Shown: positions 62,701-64,000 of the stretch, one piece after another
Position numbering within the stretch: position 1 is the stretch's first letter
How the letters are laid out: the number at the start of each line of letters is the position of its first letter
DNA from: Leucoraja ocellata
Taxonomy: Eukaryota
DNA length: 64,000 nt
NCBI GenBank assembly: GCA_036785375.1
Contig: JAWMAR010000384.1
Span: forward strand, 930,001 to 994,000
Direction of reading: 5' to 3'
Notes under the pieces: model-generated
The model's input: only the letters and a program-made list of their open reading frames with translations
What the model was told of the DNA's origin: nothing
The model's database searches: none
Program-made: the position numbers and the translations under genes

Positions 62701-64000
62701 GGTATTTGAAGAGTTCCTGAGAAATGCCCCTAATGATGCTAATTATGATGCTGTGAGGCAAAGTGTGGTCATTCTCATGGGTTCTCTGGCAAAGCATTTG
62801 GATAAGAGCGATCCCAAAGTAAAACCCATTGTGGCAAAGCTCATCACTGCACTCTCAACGCCATCCCAACAGGTACTGTACTAATGTACTCCAGTCCTTG
62901 GCTCATTGGCAGCTCACTTGGGGATCCTGTTCCAACTCTAGGCACTGCATCATCAGGTTTAGGCGGGCACTACAAAGCAGTACAGGACGACTGTCCCATC
63001 CAACACACTGACTTTCCAGATGAGAGATTAGAGACTGCCTGTGCTGTCTCAGGAGACTGTAAAAGGCCTTGTGTCAATACTCGAAGATGATCAGGATTCT
63101 CCTCTGGATTAAATTTACCTCTCCTGAAATAATGAAATATATTTTAGTCATCGTCACTCTGCAGTTTTTGGATACTTGATGTCTGCAAAATAAGGTGGTG
63201 CAGGACCAGGGTCGTTGGTTTAATCCCCACCTAGGGTTCTGTCACATGGATTTCCTCCTGGTGCTCTGGTTTCATCCACAGGTGGGTTAATTGTTTACTG
63301 TGGATTGCCCCTGGAATATTGGTGCGTGGTAAAATTAAGAAGCTGGGGGGAGTTGAGAATGAGGAATTACAAATTGTGAGTTGTGTAAATGGATGCTTAA
63401 TGATCAACGTCGACTCAGAGCGATTGGGGCACGGTTTCTGTGTTGTCTCTTTCTCTGACTGCAAGACTGTAGATGTCAAGTGTCAGCTGTTGCAGTCGTG
63501 ACCACACTTCAAAACATAACTTTAATGGATTGCAAAGCACTTTGCTGAGCACATCAGGAGCTCAGTACATAGATTCATTCTTTCTTTGCTTCAAAGCTTT
63601 AGAATTGGAAATTAATTTATAAATGCCAATGTAATCCTCTGATGTCAAACATTTGGGCCTAGCTATCTTGTATATCAATCTGAATCTACTCAAGATTAGA
63701 CGTTGTCTATGACTGTGGGCCCTGTTTCACTGTAATTTGTTCCCTGCTGAAGTAAACGTGTTTGCTTTTGTAGGTTCAGGAGTCGGTGGCTAGCTGCCTA
63801 CCTCCACTGGTACCTGCCATCAGAGATGATGCCGCTGGCATGGTTCAGAAATTGCTGCAGCTATTACTGGAGTCGGATAAATACGCTGAGCGGAAAGGGG
63901 CAGCATATGGTCTGGCTGGCCTGGTAAAAGGATTGGGGATTCTCGCCCTGAAGCAGCAGGAAATAATGGTGACACTGACAGATGCTATTCAGGACAAGAA
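14290..64000 (+). CDS. GCN1: GCN1 (stalled-ribosome sensor, activator of eIF2-alpha kinase GCN2; HEAT repeats), coding exons 1-34, continues beyond the window
   Basis: The spliced translation is collinear with vertebrate GCN1 as recalled (MATDTQ-VSDTLRRFAARVTTASVKER..., KRENKAYSFKEQIIDLELKE, RPPPVMDALGRVISESPPDQWEAR, YDAVRQSVVILMGSLAKHLDKSDPKVKPIV, ERKGAAYGLAGLVKGLGIL). All 33 introns are GT-AG, phases are compatible, and there are no stops. Confidence 0.97.
14709..14746 (+). repeat. (AC)19 microsatellite in GCN1 intron 1
   Basis: Perfect dinucleotide run. Confidence 0.95.
16020..16250 (+). repeat. Polypurine (GA-rich) low-complexity tract
   Basis: About 230 nt almost entirely G/A. Confidence 0.9.
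20303..20405 (+). CDS. GCN1: GCN1 exon 2
   Basis: VSDTLRRFAARVTTASVKERQQILSDLGSCVNGK; AG/GT flanks. Confidence 0.93.
21086..21149 (+). CDS. GCN1: GCN1 exon 3
   Basis: DLPDGAVKGLCKLFCLTLHRYR. Confidence 0.93.
21345..22412. mobile_element. Degenerate minus-strand CR1 with a younger plus-strand CR1 3' end (22178-22412)
   Basis: Recognisable CR1 3' UTR and ORF2 remnants in both orientations. Confidence 0.75.
23629..23760 (+). CDS. GCN1: GCN1 exon 4
   Basis: DATSRRALQAVIEQLAESHPE...NGHP. Confidence 0.93.
23835..24392 (-). mobile_element. Penelope-like element 3' fragment (GIY-YIG endonuclease plus terminal repeat)
   Basis: ORF 24024..24317: LYIGETKRRLGNRFTEH..VAQHF..KLEERHLIF..NIDF, typical of PLE GIY-YIG C-termini. 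Confidence 0.88.
23893..23928 (-). ncRNA. Minimal hammerhead-ribozyme-like motif in the Penelope terminal repeat
   Basis: Minus strand reads gu-CUGAAGA-a-GGG ucucaa CCC-GAAA-c-GUC-ac: CUGANGA core, stem II, GAAA and a GUC site. Confidence 0.6.
24876..24984 (+). CDS. GCN1: GCN1 exon 5
   Basis: KSSASAASLALNWTLLLVKTVF...MWIKM. Confidence 0.92.
25927..26025 (+). CDS. GCN1: GCN1 exon 6
   Basis: VEVQCLLLAEVLGGGNKH...LWKE. Confidence 0.93.
26643..26777 (+). CDS. GCN1: GCN1 exon 7
   Basis: NSELAQQYLAT...MLGVLVQYCTDEKDIATINKHK. Confidence 0.92.
27950..28150. repeat. Short fold-back element built from inverted Penelope terminal repeats
   Basis: acacaaaaatgctggagaaactcagcgggtgc..aggtaacgtttcggg pairs with cccgaaacgttacct..gcacccgctgagtttctccagcatttttgtgt; similar elements near 2271-2470, 4108-4320, 37580-37752 and 58160-58330. 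Confidence 0.8.
28454..28522 (+). CDS. GCN1: GCN1 exon 8
   Basis: NGILELYVKTVLMSKIKPPKYLL. Confidence 0.92.
28852..28960 (+). CDS. GCN1: GCN1 exon 9
   Basis: ERCEPLLRHVSHQEFK...ILRSPENVIE. Confidence 0.93.
29819..30130. mobile_element. PIF/Harbinger-type MITE
   Basis: About 30-bp TIRs AAGCCCTGTCCCACGGTAC..TTCATTCC and GGAATGAA..GTACTGTGGGACAGGGCTT; 3-bp TTA direct repeat on both sides. Confidence 0.85.
30604..30678 (+). CDS. GCN1: GCN1 exon 10
   Basis: ISYLLSSVTLDLSQYAVDIVKGLA. Confidence 0.93.
30895..31422 (+). mobile_element. CR1 LINE 3' fragment
   Basis: LEYCVQFWAP..LERVQRRFTRMLPGL..RRMRGDLIEVYK; (ctctatga)n tail. Confidence 0.9.
31471..31599 (+). CDS. GCN1: GCN1 exon 11
   Basis: QLKSNNPQLMDEAVIALRNL...HLFAILG. 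Confidence 0.93.
33118..33168 (+). CDS. GCN1: GCN1 exon 12
   Basis: SEGKLTAVAQKISVLS. Confidence 0.92.
33690..33788 (+). CDS. GCN1: GCN1 exon 13
   Basis: IGSCSHHTVSG...ELFIPFLQQE. Confidence 0.93.
33997..34170 (+). CDS. GCN1: GCN1 exon 14
   Basis: HEGTLLHAISILALWC...IRHAYLQCMLASFH. Confidence 0.94.
35505..35657 (+). CDS. GCN1: GCN1 exon 15
   Basis: DTVLQALELLPLFLQTVEK...ITEGVAAA. Confidence 0.93.
36672..36764 (+). CDS. GCN1: GCN1 exon 16
   Basis: SKLTTFWALLLDEKKQFFTSEKFLSLASED. Confidence 0.93.
37217..37280 (+). CDS. GCN1: GCN1 exon 17
   Basis: LCTVLQLTERLLLDLPEIKG; appears 4 codons shorter than the mammalian exon as recalled; phase matches exon 18. Confidence 0.88.
37989..38148 (+). CDS. 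GCN1: GCN1 exon 18
   Basis: MYHKALVTVLLSKTWRVRKQAQQTVRKLLSSLGG...HK. Confidence 0.94.
38764..38953 (+). CDS. GCN1: GCN1 exon 19
   Basis: VIPLERLITESGE...MAHHPSI. Confidence 0.93.
39355..39897 (+). mobile_element. CR1 LINE 3' fragment with open C-terminal frame
   Basis: ORF 39354..39806 IERVQRRFTRMLPG..RRRLRGDLIEVFK..FFTQRVVAVWNELP; (ttatatgg)n-like tail. Confidence 0.9.
40234..41886. mobile_element. Non-autonomous Tc1/mariner (pogo/Tigger-like) DNA transposon, 1653 bp
   Basis: Perfect 23-bp TIR CAGGTGCACAACCTTTTATCCGA / TCGGATAAAAGGTTGTGCACCTG; TA on both sides; no transposase ORF. Confidence 0.9.
41719..41784 (-). pseudogene. tRNA-Met-like sequence inside the DNA transposon
   Basis: Minus strand GGCTGGCTCAGTGGTAGAGTGCTCGG-CTCATAT-CCGCAAGGTCGCGAGTTTGCGCC: A box/D arm, CAT anticodon loop, degenerate B box; acceptor stem poor. 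Confidence 0.55.
42555..42679 (+). CDS. GCN1: GCN1 exon 20
   Basis: AAQMGLWSAILLRLKLD...VKNQ. Confidence 0.9.
43893..44071 (+). CDS. GCN1: GCN1 exon 21
   Basis: AVINTIASLS...VTKEEYEIMLVPEGELYDKSFIQ. Confidence 0.93.
44955..45048 (+). CDS. GCN1: GCN1 exon 22
   Basis: TQQETTKKANLKRENKAYSFKEQIIDLELKE. Confidence 0.94.
45473..45586 (+). CDS. GCN1: GCN1 exon 23
   Basis: EIKKKKGLKDEVQLSNKQKEMLQTQLERESSIRKRLKQ. Confidence 0.94.
47089..47287 (+). CDS. GCN1: GCN1 exon 24
   Basis: LDEDLQAALNVL...SPLVAPRLKETFLAL...NL. Confidence 0.93.
47838..47993 (+). CDS. GCN1: GCN1 exon 25
   Basis: CLVGNVTLRLLKPACSLDDAWCQEEL...GKVEA. Confidence 0.93.
48448..48626 (+). CDS. GCN1: GCN1 exon 26
   Basis: VKPLTAPAFAYCFPLLK...HAQLRS...IDE. 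Confidence 0.93.
48710..49925 (-). mobile_element. Rex1/Babar-clade non-LTR retrotransposon, 5'-truncated, RT ORF uninterrupted for 326 aa
   Basis: ORF 48942..49922: FVDYSSAFNT, PQGCVLSPLLYTIYTHDC, KFADDT, LLPSGRRYR; 3' UTR with AATAAA and (ttcta)n tail. Confidence 0.92.
50713..50764 (+). repeat. Perfect 25-bp tandem duplication
   Basis: TTTTATTGGAGCTATAACCACCACA twice. Confidence 0.9.
51086..51166 (+). CDS. GCN1: GCN1 exon 27
   Basis: SGPELLPRMAMLLLLTRVMATGSPRLQ. Confidence 0.93.
54373..54772 (+). mobile_element. L1/Tx1-type LINE 3' end with poly(A) and TSD
   Basis: Hand translation AITRNWL..PRLRQWLDIVQEIFVMEKMTY..FNRKWEKW; AATAAA and A-tail; AAAATCACAT direct repeat at 54363-54372 and 54773-54782. 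Confidence 0.8.
54795..54938 (+). CDS. GCN1: GCN1 exon 28
   Basis: VLASNTLTSLCASSSGEEGCAYAEQEEIDVLL...VRDAALR. Confidence 0.94.
55100..56915 (+). mobile_element. CR1 LINE interrupted by a Penelope-type repeat (about 55425-55520) and a Helitron
   Basis: SGLPQGSVLGP..KFADDTKLGG (55155), RDLGV..LEYCLQFW (55569), and 3' UTR after 56543. Confidence 0.88.
55922..56542 (+). mobile_element. Full-length non-autonomous Helitron inserted in a CR1
   Basis: A|TCTATCTATATATCTATAAAACT 5' end; GCAGACCC-aac-GGGTCTGC hairpin; CTAG|T 3' end; no TSD; CR1 sequence resumes on both sides. Confidence 0.85.
57417..57544 (+). CDS. GCN1: GCN1 exon 29
   Basis: GLLEMNMVLPTPDSDEKNGLNLLRRLW. Confidence 0.94.
58427..58616 (+). 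CDS. GCN1: GCN1 exon 30
   Basis: LWDAMALELQPNLCSLLIKDVIYHEEAIRQAGAEALS...IYQEKLY. Confidence 0.94.
59647..59717 (+). CDS. GCN1: GCN1 exon 31
   Basis: RPPPVMDALGRVISESPPDQWEAR. Confidence 0.94.
60780..60945 (+). CDS. GCN1: GCN1 exon 32
   Basis: CGIALALNKLSQY...ALNDRHPEVRKCMLDAALSALNTHGK. Confidence 0.94.
61120..61492 (+). mobile_element. Degenerate SacSINE1/DeuSINE-like element
   Basis: Similar to recalled Deu-domain SINE (ggtgttctagccaatatttgtccct, gctttgggatgttgaggtcatgaaag); related pieces near 57740-58060 (+) and 57190-57330 (-). Confidence 0.55.
62678..62872 (+). CDS. GCN1: GCN1 exon 33
   Basis: DNVTSLLPVFEEFL...LSTPSQQ. Confidence 0.95.
63774..64000 (+). CDS. GCN1: GCN1 exon 34 (cut by window end)
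   Basis: VQESVASCLPPLVPAI...ERKGAAYGLAGLVKGLGILALKQQ. Confidence 0.95.

Overview
Eukaryotic, repeat-rich genomic DNA from a cartilaginous fish, most likely a skate or ray. This is inferred from the germline-joined Ig light chain and the HE1- and SacSINE-type SINEs. Two genes sit head-to-head. (1) On the minus strand is an intact immunoglobulin lambda-type (type II/NS3-like) light-chain gene: leader exon 7303-7351, a pre-joined V-J exon 6839-7183 with no RSS, and C exon 5595-5917. (2) On the plus strand is the 5' half of GCN1: 34 coding exons from ATG 14290 to the window end, all phase-compatible with GT-AG introns, about 1424 codons. A 200-N assembly gap (12717-12916) separates the two genes. 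The rest is mobile DNA: CR1, Rex1/Babar and L1/Tx1 fragments; Penelope-like remnants carrying minimal hammerhead-ribozyme cores; non-autonomous Helitrons, including a head-to-tail pair; a Harbinger-type MITE; and a 1.65-kb TA-flanked Tc1/mariner-type element carrying a tRNA-Met-like sequence, internal repeats and a 93-bp hairpin. The Ig gene is bracketed by an inverted duplication. I found no convincing wholly new biological system. The best leads are listed as findings. Family assignments come from recalled motifs, not database searches.
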